DNA of 64,000 bases from the human T2T-CHM13v2.0 reference genome, Homo sapiens, in NCBI RefSeq assembly GCF_009914755.1, contig NC_060936.1, one strand, 5' to 3'. The notes under the pieces were generated by a model. It was not told the origin of the DNA, did not search any database, and saw only the letters and a program-made list of their open reading frames with translations. Positions 49,331 through 64,000 of the stretch are shown here, one piece after another. Each line of letters begins with the position of its first letter. Position 1 is the first letter of the stretch. The position numbers were made by a program, and so were the translations under genes.

Positions 49331-49608
49331 ATTTTTTTTTTAAATTTTTTGTAGAGATGTGGTCTTACCATGTTGCTCAAGCTGATCTTGAACTCCTGGG
49401 CTCAAGTGATCCTCCCACCTCAGCCTCCCGAGTAGCTGGGACTACAGGCATGTGCCACCATGCCTGGCTAATTTTTTACTTTTTTTTTTTTTAGAGACAG
49501 AGTCTCACCATGTTGCCCAGGCTGGTCTCCAACTCCTGAACTCAAGGGATCCTCCTGCCGTGACCTTTCAAAGTGCTGGAGATCACAGGCATGAGCCACC
49601 AGACTGGC
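49331..49608 (-). mobile_element. Atypical Alu dimer whose right arm ends like a left arm
   Basis: TSD AAAAGCCATTTTTAA; second arm lacks the right-arm-specific GGCTGCAGTGAGC...CACTGCACT segment. Confidence 0.85.
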
Positions 49609-50147
49609 CAAAAAAAGCCATTTTAACTGGGGTGACATGGTATCTCGTCGTTTTGATTTGTATTTCTCTGATGATTAGTGACATTGAACATTTCTTCTTA
49701 TACAAAGCACTATTTTATGAAATACCTTTTAAAAATCCAGCAAAAGGAGATTTGTCTGTCCAATCTAGCTATGGCCTGGGAGCCTAATAGACTCCCAAGG
49801 GACCAGAAGATGAAATGGAATCTCCTTTCCTGTTAGGGAGATTCATAGAACTAAGGCAGCTGTGGCCAGCCTTGGAAATAGGGCTTTGGTATTCTGTTCC
49901 TAAAGCCATATCAGTCTAAAGAATGGCTCTGACAAGTGGAGTGGCTCAAAAGACTGGCTCTGTCACTAGGTTTGGGTAAAGAAGAAAGAGGCTGCAGGTA
50001 GAAAATGTCCTTGAAGGTGTGAAAACATTGGACTGACAAGCAGGAGGCATAGGTTCCCATTCTGGATGTGCCACTAACTCTATGAACTTGACCAAGGCAC
50101 TTAACTTATTTGTGTATCAGACTCCTCATTTCAAGAATGATAGGCCT

Positions 50148-50441
50148 GGACAGGCGTGGTGGCTCACACCTGTAATCCTAGCACTTTAGGAGGCCAAGGC
50201 AGATGAATTATTTGAGCCTGGGAGTTCAAGAACAGCCTGGCCAGCATGGCAAAACCCTGTCTCCACAAAAAATACAAAAATTAGCCAGGCATGGTGGTGT
50301 GCACCTGTAGTCCCGGATACTTGTGGGCACATGAGATGGGGGGATTGCTTGAGCCTAGAAGGTCAAGGCTGCAGTGAGCTGTGTTCATGCCACTGCACAC
50401 TGGCCTAGGAGACAGAGTAAGACCTTGTCTCAAAAAAAAAG
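50148..50441 (+). mobile_element. AluJb
   Basis: TSD AAGAATGATAGGCCT / AAGAATGAGAGGACT. Confidence 0.93.
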
Positions 50442-50469
50442 AATGAGAGGACTGCATGAGCATCAAGGT

Positions 50470-51012
50470 CTTGGCAGTAGGTTGACTATAAAGAGGGCCA
50501 CAACTTCTCCCATCGCTGCATGTTTGCTCCCTTTGCGGCATACTTTTGCTTTTTCTCCTATTAAGAAGTAGAATCTATTTCCTGTCTCCTTGAATCTGGG
50601 CTAGCCCTGTAACTTGCTTTGACCTACAGATTGTAGTAGAAGTAACATTATGTTTGAGTCTGAGCATTAAGAGATCTTGCAGCTTCCACTGTCATTCCTG
50701 CAATGATGCTGTACCCATGTGAACAAGCCTAAACTAGCTTCCTTAAGGATGAAAGATAATGTGGAAAGAGAGGCTCAGCCAACAGCCAGCACCAACCACC
50801 AGACATGTGAGTGAGGCCATCTCAGATCATCCAACCCCAGTTGAGTTGCCAGATGACCATAGTCACATGTGTGATTCCTGTAAGACCAGCAGAAGAACCG
50901 CTTAGCTGAACTCAACCAAATCACAGACCCATAGAGTTGTGAGCAAATAATATGGTTTCTGCTTTAACCCATTAAGTGGTGATTTGTTACATAGGAATAG
51001 GTAACTGATACA
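50470..51012 (+). mobile_element. MLT1H-like solo LTR
   Basis: CCTTGAATCTGGGCTAGCCCTGTAACTTGCTTTGACC...CCAGACATGTGAGTGAGGCCATC...TAACTGATACA. Confidence 0.8.
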
Positions 51013-51290
51013 GCCCCTTTTATATCTGGTACTCTAGAAACTGATTTTATTACTTTTAAGGTATCAGGCTATATGATCTTTTAGTTGGATAGTAGGGTTT
51101 GCTGCAGATAACTGGAACAAAGGTTAAGTGACTGTTTCATTTCCTCCCCTCCTACCTCCAGCTTTGACTTTGAAGGCCTTCTCCTTGCAGTGCTGTTATG
51201 TGTGGACTTACTAGAGCTAGAGCTCTGCTGCCTTCCCACCCTGTCAGGACTTGGCTTGGAGTACACTGAGAAAACAAGAAGTGGCTTGCG

Positions 51291-51318
51291 TGACTCAGTG
51301 GTCCTTCCTACTGAGTCA
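51291..51318. promoter_or_regulatory. Paired consensus AP-1 sites
   Basis: TGACTCA at 51291-51297 and TGAGTCA at 51312-51318. Confidence 0.45.
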
Positions 51319-51698
51319 TTGAGTTTTCAGTTTCCACTCTCTGCTGGTTCCAGGGGATGTTCATTTGTTCATTTAGTCAGTATCTCTGAGCAGCTGTGGT
51401 GAGCATGAGGAAGGGTGTGGTGAGGGGAAGGTCTGGCTTGGAGTGAATGGGTGTCAAGGATCTGAGTAGTAGTTTTGCTCAGAGAGGGGCAAACCCACTG
51501 CTCCCTTCTAAGCTTTCCTGTAGCATCTCACACACACACTTCTGGGCTTCCTCAGAGGCGGCTCATTCTTAAGGCACAGAATTTCAGAGCTGAGGGAACT
51601 TTTAAGGCCAAGTTAGTCCAATCATTTTTTTAAAAATATGTATGAAAAAACTAAGTTCTGAGAAGTTAAAGAACAGAGGTAGCTTGTGGTAAAATTAG

Positions 51699-52386
<688 letters not shown>

Positions 52387-52575
52387 CTCCCTCCAGGGCC
52401 CACACCGTCCTTCCTCCTACTAGTCCTTCCCAGCTTTGTATTTCAGGCATGCAACTAGTTTCCTCTTCTGGTTCAAAGTACAGATATAACCTGAGGAATC
52501 TTTCCTTAGATAAATTCCAACCACCAAATGATAGTAGGAATAATAACAACAATATACATTCAAAAAATATTTATC

Positions 52576-52885
<310 letters not shown>

Positions 52886-53168
52886 TTATCAAGCCCCTAT
52901 TATTTGCCAGGCTCTACCTTAGCTTTTGGCAGAAGAGGAGAGACAAGGAATGAACCTGTGGAGAATATATCTTCTTGAGGAAGGTGGGGCAGACAACACA
53001 CAAGGAAACAAGATAACCAGAGGTTGCTGTTATAATAAGTAAACAGGAGGATGGGATAGAGATGACTGGGCTGAGGAATGTATGATGAGGAAAGGCCTCT
53101 GGAGAAATGACATTTGAGCCGAGCCCCTACTGGCGAGGAACCAATCACTTTTCAAGAAAGGAAGAGCT

Positions 53169-53519
<351 letters not shown>

Positions 53520-53910
53520 TTATCTTCAACAGGGGAGGCATGTGCTCTCCCTACTATGTATTTGAATGGGCGCATGGAGGGTTCTAAGTGATATGACAGC
53601 TTTACATTCTTGAAAATATCAATCAGCTGCTTGGATAGAAAATGGATGTTGAGGGTTGAGAGTGAAATTGAGAAGGTGGTTTATTGAATACCAACTACAT
53701 GTGGGGTATTTTGTATGATTCAGCTCTACTCCTCTCAACACTCCAAAGTGGATCTTTTATGCCCGTTGTTTTATGAACAAGGAAGTGGAAACTAGAAGGG
53801 ATCAAGGAACTCGCCCAAGACCAAAGAGCCGAGTCTGAACCTAAGACCATCTGACCCTTCCCCATGTAGCTCACAGCCTCCCTAAGATGATCATCCCACC
53901 CCTGTGCTAA

Positions 53911-54222
<312 letters not shown>

Positions 54223-55022
54223 ATCATCATATTTTGAATCATGACATTTTATATCTGAAAGCTATAGATTAGCAGTTCCTTGAAGGCAAGATTCATGTCT
54301 ACTAATCTTGCCTGTGGCACGGTCCCTTACACATAGTAGGTGCTAAGGCAATATGTGATGAATGCATGAATGAATAAGTGAATGGGTTTCAGTCATGAGA
54401 GATTTTCTGAACCACCCCTTGCCTCGGGCCTACTATTTTCAAGAGAGTAGGTGAAGTGTTTTTCCCAAAATCACACGGCAGGGTTTGAACAAGAGCCTAA
54501 GATAGTGAATCTGTGCTTCTCTTCATCATACCACTCTGCTCCAAATTATATGTTTAAGGCAGATTTCTTGTTTCCATGTTAGTTTGGTAAACTCAAAGTC
54601 AGGCATGGTGTCTATTTTGTACCACGTCATGTTGGTTGTATGTGGAGCCTACAGGGAGGTTCAACCTGGGGGCTTGGAAGCAAGTTTTCTCTCTGAAAAT
54701 GAAATTAAACAAATTGAGTCTGTATGTGATGGGAAAAAACAGATGCCTTTTAGGTCTCCTGGAATAGCTACTTCACTGGAGTTTAATTTCTGAAGAAAGA
54801 ACATTTGGATAGAATAGGCATGGTCAGGAAAGAAGGACAAAGAGAAAGGCCATCTTCGGCTTAATTGTCCGACAGAATGAAAAATGGGGGGTGGGAGCTT
54901 TCTGCTTTTCAGAGAGGACCCTCTCAGATGGGGCAGGACCGGTTGGTTCATTAAGCCTCATTATAGTCTGAAAGAAACAGCCCTTAAGATGCTCACCTCA
55001 AGGTGCTTTCATTGTTGATCAT

Positions 55023-55384
55023 TGTATTAGTCCATTTTCATGCTGCTGATAAAGACATACCTGAGACTGGGTAAATGATAAAGAAAAAGAGATTTAATGG
55101 ACTCACAGTTCCACGTGGCTGAAGAGGCCTCAGAATCATGGCAGAAGGTGAAAGGCACATCTTACATGGCAGCAGGCAAGAGAAAATGAGAGCCAAGTGA
55201 AAGGGGTTTCCCCTTATAAGACCGTCAGATCTCATGAGACTTATACATTACCACGAGAACAGCATGGGGAAAATCGCTTCCATGATTCAATTATCTCCCA
55301 CCTGGTTCCTCCCATAACATGTGGGAATTATGAGAACTACAATTCAAGATGAGATTTGGGTGGGGACACAGACAAACCATGTCA
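55023..55384 (-). mobile_element. THE1C-like solo LTR
   Basis: TGTATTAGTCC...AAACCATGTCA; perfect TSD ATCAT at 55018-55022 and 55385-55389. Confidence 0.93.
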
Positions 55385-55552
55385 ATCATGAAGGAACAAA
55401 TTCTCCAAGGTTAGGCTGGGTTCCTGGTTACCTTGGAGGATCCTCTGAACAGGACAGGAGCTGCAGGCATTTCAGTCACTTTGAGAAAGAAACGTTTTCC
55501 TTTTACTCCGGAGTGAATTCACTTGCAGATGTTCTAAGAAAATTGTGTCACT

Positions 55553-55894
<342 letters not shown>

Positions 55895-56174
55895 TCAAAG
55901 TTGAGAAAGGCTCAGGTCTCTGCCGTGTTTGGTGTATATCAAAAATTGAACAAGTGCTAAAAGATGGTTTTAAAATTTGTGATGTATTTTCAGTGTTTAT
56001 CTTGAACCAATGGATGCATTTAACATGCAAAATGCAATGTGATATTATTGTGCTAGTGACAATATAATTGCAGGACCTACAAAAATATTAGTGAATTTCA
56101 AGCAGTGTGATTGGAGGATGGTATGTAAGTTTAAAGATGTGTGATGAAAGCCTTCTAGTAATAGTCTTATTTAA

Positions 56175-56443
56175 ATTTATTTATTTTATTATTTTTTTCT
56201 GTGGCATGATCACAGCTCACTGCAGCCTTCACACCCCAAGCTGAAGCGATCCTCCCAGATAGATACTCCCTCAGGCTCCCGAGTAGCTGAGACTACAGGC
56301 ATGCACCACCATGCCTGGTTAGTTTTTTGTTTTTTGTAGAGATGAATCTTGCTATGCTGCCCAGGCTGGTCCTCATCTAGGCTTAAGCAAGCCTCAGCAT
56401 CCCAAAATGCTGGGATTACAGGCATGAACCACCAAACCCAGCT
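56175..56443 (-). mobile_element. Degenerate AluJ
   Basis: Antisense dimer with indels. Confidence 0.85.
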
Positions 56444-57079
56444 TGCCTTCTACTTTCAATCTTGCCAGGCAATCTCTGTAACTGCATGAACGAGACCATT
56501 TGGAGACGGCTTCAGAGATAAATAAGAGGCCTTGTGTGGTAAGGCCCAAGGCCAAGTGACCATGCTCAGAGGTACTGGTCCATTCAACTTTCTGAACCAG
56601 TAAGCTAGGGCTCAGACTGTCACCAAGGTGATGCTATCCACGGGCCATCAGTCAAATCAGGCTTCCCTCGGTGACACCCCGACCTTGTTGCATGACCCCT
56701 TCGAAAGATCACACCCTCTTGAATCTGGCTGTTAATTACACAGAAAAAATAAAAAGATCACAGCCCACCCTGTTATGTGTAGCAGCCAGCTATGGACACA
56801 GGGAGCGCTGCTCAAGGAACTTATTGCCTGAGTGGCTGATAAGTCAAGACAGTGATAAAGTATCTTTTGAACATTCTTAGCTACAGAAGACAGAAGTGAG
56901 AACCTTCCCGGTGAGATGGTAGATGATGTGAAAGTGTTGGGCATATTAGGAAGGACACTGAATCACACACAGCAGTCACCTCCTCTTCCTTTTCTCCCAT
57001 TCAGCCTCATCTGGCTTCTGGGATCCCCCGTCTTCCCAGGACTTCTCCCACCACTACTCTTCAATTTCTAGCTTGTCAA

Positions 57080-57895
57080 ATTGTGGCTCTTAAACCATTT
57101 GTGGGTTACGAAATCAAATTGGTGTGTTGCAACCAACATTTTCTAAACAAATGAAATAGAATAGAAAGTACTCAAATTGTAAATGTTTTCTGTTAAAAAC
57201 AAAGTTTTAAAACTGTTTTGTTTTGTTTATTTGAGATGGAGTCTCACTCTGTCGCCCAGGCTGGAGTGCAGTGGTGCGATCTTGGCTCCCTGCAACCACG
57301 GTTCAAGTGATTCTTGTGCCTCAGCCTCCAGAGTAGCTGGGATTACAGATGCGCGCCAGCATGCCCAGCTAATTTTTGTAGAGACGGGGTTTTCACCATG
57401 TTGGCTAGGCTGATCTCAAACTCCTGACCTCAAGTGATCCACCCACCGCAGCCTCCCAAAGTGCTGGAATTACAGGCGTCAGCCACTGCGCCCGGACTTG
57501 TTTTCTTAATATTAGTTGTTTTTTGTTTGTTTGTTTTAACTAATAAAACACATAGTATATGTTTCAAAAAAAAAAAAAAAAGGAAATGGCTGATTGCAGT
57601 GGCTTAGTGCACCTGTAATCCCAGCACTCTGGGAGGCCAAGGCGCAAGGATTGTCTGAGCCCAGGAGTTCACGGCCAGCCTGGGCAACATAGCGATACCT
57701 CGTCTCTATTTTTAAAAAATATATTAGCTGAGCATGATGGCACATGCCTGTAGTCCCAGCTACTTGGGAGGCTGAAGCAGGAGCATTGCTTGAGCCTAGG
57801 AGTTCGAGGCTGTAGTGAGCCGAGATCGAGCCACTAAACTCACTCTGCACTGTGACAGAGTGAGACCCTCTCTCAAAAAAACAACACAAAAGAGT

Positions 57896-57926
<31 letters not shown>

Positions 57927-58035
57927 AAACTATTATTTTGTGTAACTTGTTCCAGTTCCACATATGTGTGCATTGGGTTTAGATGTAAACTTCATTTCCT
58001 ACTGTGAGTTGCAGATAACCTTTTCAATCCACTGC
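57080..58035. mobile_element. Charlie4-like hAT fragment split by two Alus (57215-57497 minus; 57587-57925 plus)
   Basis: GTGGGTTACGAAATCAAATTGGTG...ATGAAATAGAATAGAA and GATGTAAACTTCATTTCCTACTGTGAGTTGC...CCACTG. Confidence 0.6.
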
Positions 58036-58137
58036 TGTAGATGGCTGATTAAAATGCCCCAGCCTTCTGCAAAGCCTATTCTGTGACCACGTGCTTCCTA
58101 AGCAGAACTGCTATGAATAACTGTGACAGGAGGTGAC

Positions 58138-59028
58138 TACTATTGAGAGGTGAAGCCAGCTGGACTTCCTGGGTCCAGTGGAGACTTGGAGAACTTTTCT
58201 GTCTTACAGCAGGATTGTAAAATGCACCAATCTGTGCTCTGTAAAAATGCACCAATCAGCACTCCGTAGCTAGCAAGAGGATTGTAAAATGCACCAGTCA
58301 GCACTCTGTAAAATGCACCAATCAGCGCTCTGTAAAACACACCAATCAGCAGGATCTTAAAGGTAGTCAGTTGCAGGCAGGATTGAAAAAAGGGCACTCT
58401 GGCACTCTGATAGGACAAAAACTGAATGTGGGAGGGGACAAATAAGGGAATAAAAGCTAGCCACCTCAGCCAGCAGCGGCAACCCACTAGGGTCCCCTCC
58501 CACACTGTGGAAGCTTTGTTCTGTCACTCTTTACAATAAATCTTCCTGCTGCTCACTCTTTGGGTCCATGCCACCTTTAAGAGCTATAACACTCACTGCG
58601 AAGGTCCGCAGCTTCATTCTTGAAGTCAGCGAGACCACGAACCCACTGGTAGGAACCAACTCTGAACACACTGGCATCTGAATGTTTGTGTTCCCCAAAA
58701 ATTCATATGTTGAAATTCTAACCCCCAAGGTGATGGTATTGGGAGAGAGGTTTTCAGGGGTGATTAGGTTATGAGAATAAAGCCCTCATGAATGGGGTTA
58801 GTACCTTAGGAAAGGGGCCTAGACCCCTCACTCCTTCTGCCGTGTGAGGACACAGCAGGAAGGTGCCATCTATGAACCAGAAATTGGGCCTCCACCAGAC
58901 ACCAAGTCTGTCAGCACCTTGATCTTGGACTTCCTAGACTCCAGAACCATAAGAAACAAATGTCTGGTGTTGAATTAAGCCACCCAGTTTATGGTATTTT
59001 GTGATAGCAGCCCCAACAGACTAAGACA
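58138..59028 (+). mobile_element. MLT1A-like solo LTR interrupted near its 5' end by LTR12F
   Basis: TACTAT + [LTR12] + CTGAATGTTTGTGTTCCCC...AGACTAAGACA; TSD GTGAC / GCGAC. Confidence 0.85.
58144..58670 (+). mobile_element. LTR12F-like (ERV9) solo LTR
   Basis: TGAGAGGTGAAGCCAGCTGGACTTCCTGGGTC start, repeated GCACCAATCAGC units, GGGAATAAAAGC, ends AACTCTGAACACA. Confidence 0.9.
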
Positions 59029-62000
59029 GCGACCTAAAGCAGAGAACCACCCAGGACCTTCTCAGCATGTCAGAGTCTTAGACACACTCTAGTCCAAGCC
59101 CTCAGCACACAGTTTTATAGGCAAAGAGGCTGAATCTCAGGTGATTCAAGTTCATGGTAGAACCAGGAGTCCGATCCAGTTTCCCTGACTCTGCTTTCTG
59201 AGTGCTTCTCTTTATTTTCTTGTGGTCCTCTATTGTCATACAGCAAAGAATAGCGGAAAGGATTTGGATTTAGATCAGAAAACCTGGATTTTAGTTCCAA
59301 CTCCATCACTTGTTAACCGTGTGACCTTGAGCCCATAAATCTCTTAACATCTCTGTTCGTCACTTGTATCAAACATAAAACGGGATTAATAATATCAGGG
59401 ATCAATGGCTTAATCTATTTAATGGCACTTTTTTAGACTGTGGCATTATATGTATTTTCTAATAATTATTATTTTTTCTCCTTAAGTATCCATGGCATTT
59501 ATTCAAGAAATGTGTATTGCTGTGGAGAGAAAGGGGTATGAGTGGATTACCAAGTCTCACCCTCCTAAGAGTATCCAGTGTCATGATGCTTCCAGGAAGA
59601 GATGCTTCCAGGGAGAGGATGCTTCTTTTCCTTTCACCCCAGTACCTGCTTCTAACCTCAGTACCCTCACAGTGGCCTACAGAAGTCACTCAATTTAAAG
59701 CGAATTCAATAGCATGACAGATTTTACCTCCAAACCACCATGTATGGCTCCCAAAAACAGCCTGCAGAACAGCGTTTCTCTTCTCTCCCATCTTGGGTTA
59801 CATTGGTAGCTAAATCGGCCTGTGGGTACACATGAGGCCCTAAGACCACAGATGCCCCAGTTAGGACATTGTTCAATCTCTCCCTGCTCATATGGAAATT
59901 CAATACCCACTCCTTACCATCAACACTCTTCTCCAGTTGTTTCTCAAGAGTGCCAAGGTGGGGTCTCACACGACCTGGCTGGGGTTTTAGGAGCCCAATA
60001 AATGGTTTCCCTCTTCCCTGTCCAATTTCAGAATCAATTGAGAGGTATACCCAGGAGCCAGACTGATGGAGATCAAAATGATAGTCTTATGAGACAAAAG
60101 CTAAATTGGATGATACCCTTCCAACTGCAGGCACAATGGGTTCGTTTGTCATTTTGCCCCCAAGACCGAGTTTGCCTACCTAGGCTAAGCCAAAAGACTG
60201 CAGGCATCCCCCTAGCAGGGAGAACTGAGACCATGTGTTCCTGAGACAAGCTGGCTCCGAAAGAGGAGAGAGGAGGAAGCTGAGCCAAGCATGCCAGTTT
60301 CTTCTCCTAAACTTGCCAGTTAGAGAACCTACCTCTGCCGTTCCTACTGGAAATGCCTCCAGACAGAGACAGGAGGGAATAAGGGGTCAGGGGGCTGGGG
60401 AATCCTACATTTCCAGAACATGTTTGTTCATATTCTGTGCTTTCTGGCTTCCTCATTTGGGGCCCCCCCTCATGCCTGCAGGGACCATCAGGTTCCATGC
60501 CAATGTGGAGAAAATGCCCTCTTCATCTCTGTGCTGGCCCCCAAAGGGAAGACATGCCTGTGTTCAGAATTTCCTGAAGTTTCACAGGAAACAGCTTCTT
60601 TTTCTTGATTTTTTACCGCAACTCCCCTTTGGCTCCAGCCTTCCCAGACAAAGCCTATCAACCCATGCAAATAGATTCTTGAGGAGAAGGAATTTTACGC
60701 TTGTGCCTTGGAGCTTCTACTTGTTCTGAAGACCCTACTCTACAATCATCCTTGCACTTAGTGTCATGGTCCTGGTCTTCCCTTTGCTGCTCTCAAATTA
60801 TTTTTAGGGATTTTTAAAAAATGTGATCATGAATCTCCAATGACTTAGCTTTTTCCACCCTTAAGGAGTTGGTCTTGAAAGGCCCGACCACCTCTTCCCC
60901 ATCTTTGCCATCAATGCACAGCGTGACATCCTGCCCTTCACAGTATTTCCTGAGCTTCCTGTAACTGTCTGATGCTGCCCGATTTAAAAAAAAAAAAGAC
61001 TGCAGTTTCCTACAAAGCCTTGTCCAACACCTTCTAGGATCAAAACAAAAGATAAAATACTTGATTTTCTTGATCTACACGTTTAAAATCCAAAACAGTT
61101 GTTTGCACAGGAACTCTGGGCATCATTGAAAGGGAAAGGGCCAAAGACCATTTGTACCTTTCTGAGCATGTCAGATTTATAGCATGTACGAAGTGATTTT
61201 GACCGGCAGCTGGTTGGTACACATTCTCATTTGTATTCATCCTGAAAACTATGGCAATGTCTCACCGTTTCAGGAGTTGTGACACTTTACCACTACATAT
61301 TTACCCTCCCTTCCTTTCTAAAGGTACGATGTGGATTCAGGGTGGGTGTGAGGGTACAGGGTGTTACTGAATTTCGATCATTTTTTAAATTTAAAACTCT
61401 GAAGCTTGGAATCAGTTTTAATTCCCCCCGAATGTCATTAATTCTTCTTCTTCATGATTGTTCACATATCTCAATTAGTATGGTATAACATCATTTACAA
61501 AACTGTATTTTACATCATTTCTTCTATTATGGACTGATTGATTCAACAAAAATTTTTAGCACTTTCTTGGCAGGTGTTAGGGATATAGAGACGGGAATGC
61601 ATAGTGGAGCGAGTCATAGAAATAAGTCTAAGCTGTAAAGTTCAAACACGGTTCTGTGGGGGATGTAGGAGAAATGGGCCATACATTTCATCTGGTGAAT
61701 CTTGGAAGACTTCTTGGAGGAGCTGAGGTTTAAGCCATGTCTAAAGAATGAGTAAGACATTTACAAGGGTTTCATGAAGAGAGAGGGTGTCTGGATGGAA
61801 ATATGGAGACATAGAGTTTCCTGGGCTCAACCTCAGACTCCAAGAGGTGAGGTCCTGGAGCACATGGTTCTGATGTGTAACCAGGGTTGGGAACCAGCAG
61901 ACAAAGGCTCAAGTCTGTTCAGAGACCAGATTGCAGAGAAAATCTTGAAATGCCATCTCAGTGTCTGGGACAGTGAGCACCAGCTATTCTCCACCTCTTT

Positions 62001-62198
62001 GGAAGACCGAATAAGGGGAATTAAATGAAGCATGAGCGTTTGGTTTTCTTTGAAGCTGAGGTTCCTGGACGTGAAGTGCATTAAAGACACGTAAGATTTT
62101 TACGTGATGTGGCAAGCAAGGGCCTTGTCTGGAATGAGAAAGAAAATGCAGTTAAAAATCCAAACCAAAAAACAGCACAGAATCTCTTTTGCCTACAC

Positions 62199-63323
<1,125 letters not shown>

Positions 63324-64000
63324 CCCATGAGTGGCCTGTGTGAGGGCAAAAAAGACGGTCCAAGTCAATATTTCTCAAATGTCCCTCTGAAATACCTCTA
63401 ACAACACAAAAGGGAGACCGCAGACTCCAACAGGGGGCTGCCTACAAGTCTATACAACTCTTTTAAATACGCTTTTAAATGAACATTTAAGAATCTTAGT
63501 CCATAACACGTTATTTTAATGTAAAATTGGCATTCAGTGGAAACATCAGTAAAAACTGACACTTGTTCCAGCCCAGAGAAGGTGAGTGATTTAGTCAAGG
63601 TCCCATAGTTAGAACAAGTCAGGTATGGGACTGGATTCCCAAATTCCTGATTCCAAATGTACACATTCCACCAGAGTGGTCTGTCTTACCATCAGGCTTT
63701 GGCTGTTCATTCCCAGCCCTACCTCCTAGCCCCCCAGTATTGAAGCAGTCTTCGAAGGTAGTGATGGCAAACCCTTTTGAGCTTCTATCAGAAATTCAGC
63801 AATTCATAAGCTTCGAACATTATTTATTCCGCTTGGTTTACTGTAAATTTTAGTTTGGTTTATTGTAAAACTAATTTTCTTCTCCCGCTCTGTTTTCTCA
63901 TCCATCTGTAATTTTTTTCTTTACTTTTGATAGCATCCCATTCTGTTATACGTTGTAGGATGTTGAAGTGTAGAAGTGGGAGTGTGTCAGTCCTAAGCAG

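Larger units (their letters stand above)
48390..49702 (-). mobile_element. L1MA-type 3' end with two Alu-derived inserts
   Basis: GGGGTACATGTGATAATTGAATACATTCATATAAT...ATACCCAGTAGTAGAAATGCTGGATCATATG...TTTTAACTGGGGTGA. Confidence 0.88.

Overview
Primate (human/great-ape type) non-coding genomic DNA. No intact protein-coding gene, RNA gene or CRISPR array is recognisable, and the ORF track is almost entirely Alu, simple-repeat or chance ORFs. The window holds roughly 48 Alu/Alu-monomer insertions, many with readable target-site duplications (TSDs). It also carries solo LTRs (MSTA, two THE1C-like, LTR9-like, LTR12F-like, several MLT1, LTR33), L1PB/L1MA/L1MB 3' fragments, old L2/L3/MIR pieces and hAT DNA transposons (MER20, MER3, MER58B, MER102, Charlie4). 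Most notable: (1) a possible heavily decayed KRAB/C2H2 zinc-finger gene remnant on the minus strand at ~35.3-37.3 kb (speculative); (2) a short SVA with both ends and its TSD intact but a large microhomology-bounded internal deletion; (3) two Alu-monomer segments 2.25 kb apart that share private mutations and a ~10-nt deletion; (4) a pristine AluYc1-type insertion; (5) a tailless 84-bp Alu 5' fragment with a TSD; (6) a composite DR0/DR5 nuclear-receptor array; (7) a CA-rich minisatellite packed with RUNX cores; (8) an LTR12F nested in an MLT1A. Repeat family names come from recalled consensus sequences, not from a database search, and boundaries of old repeats are approximate.
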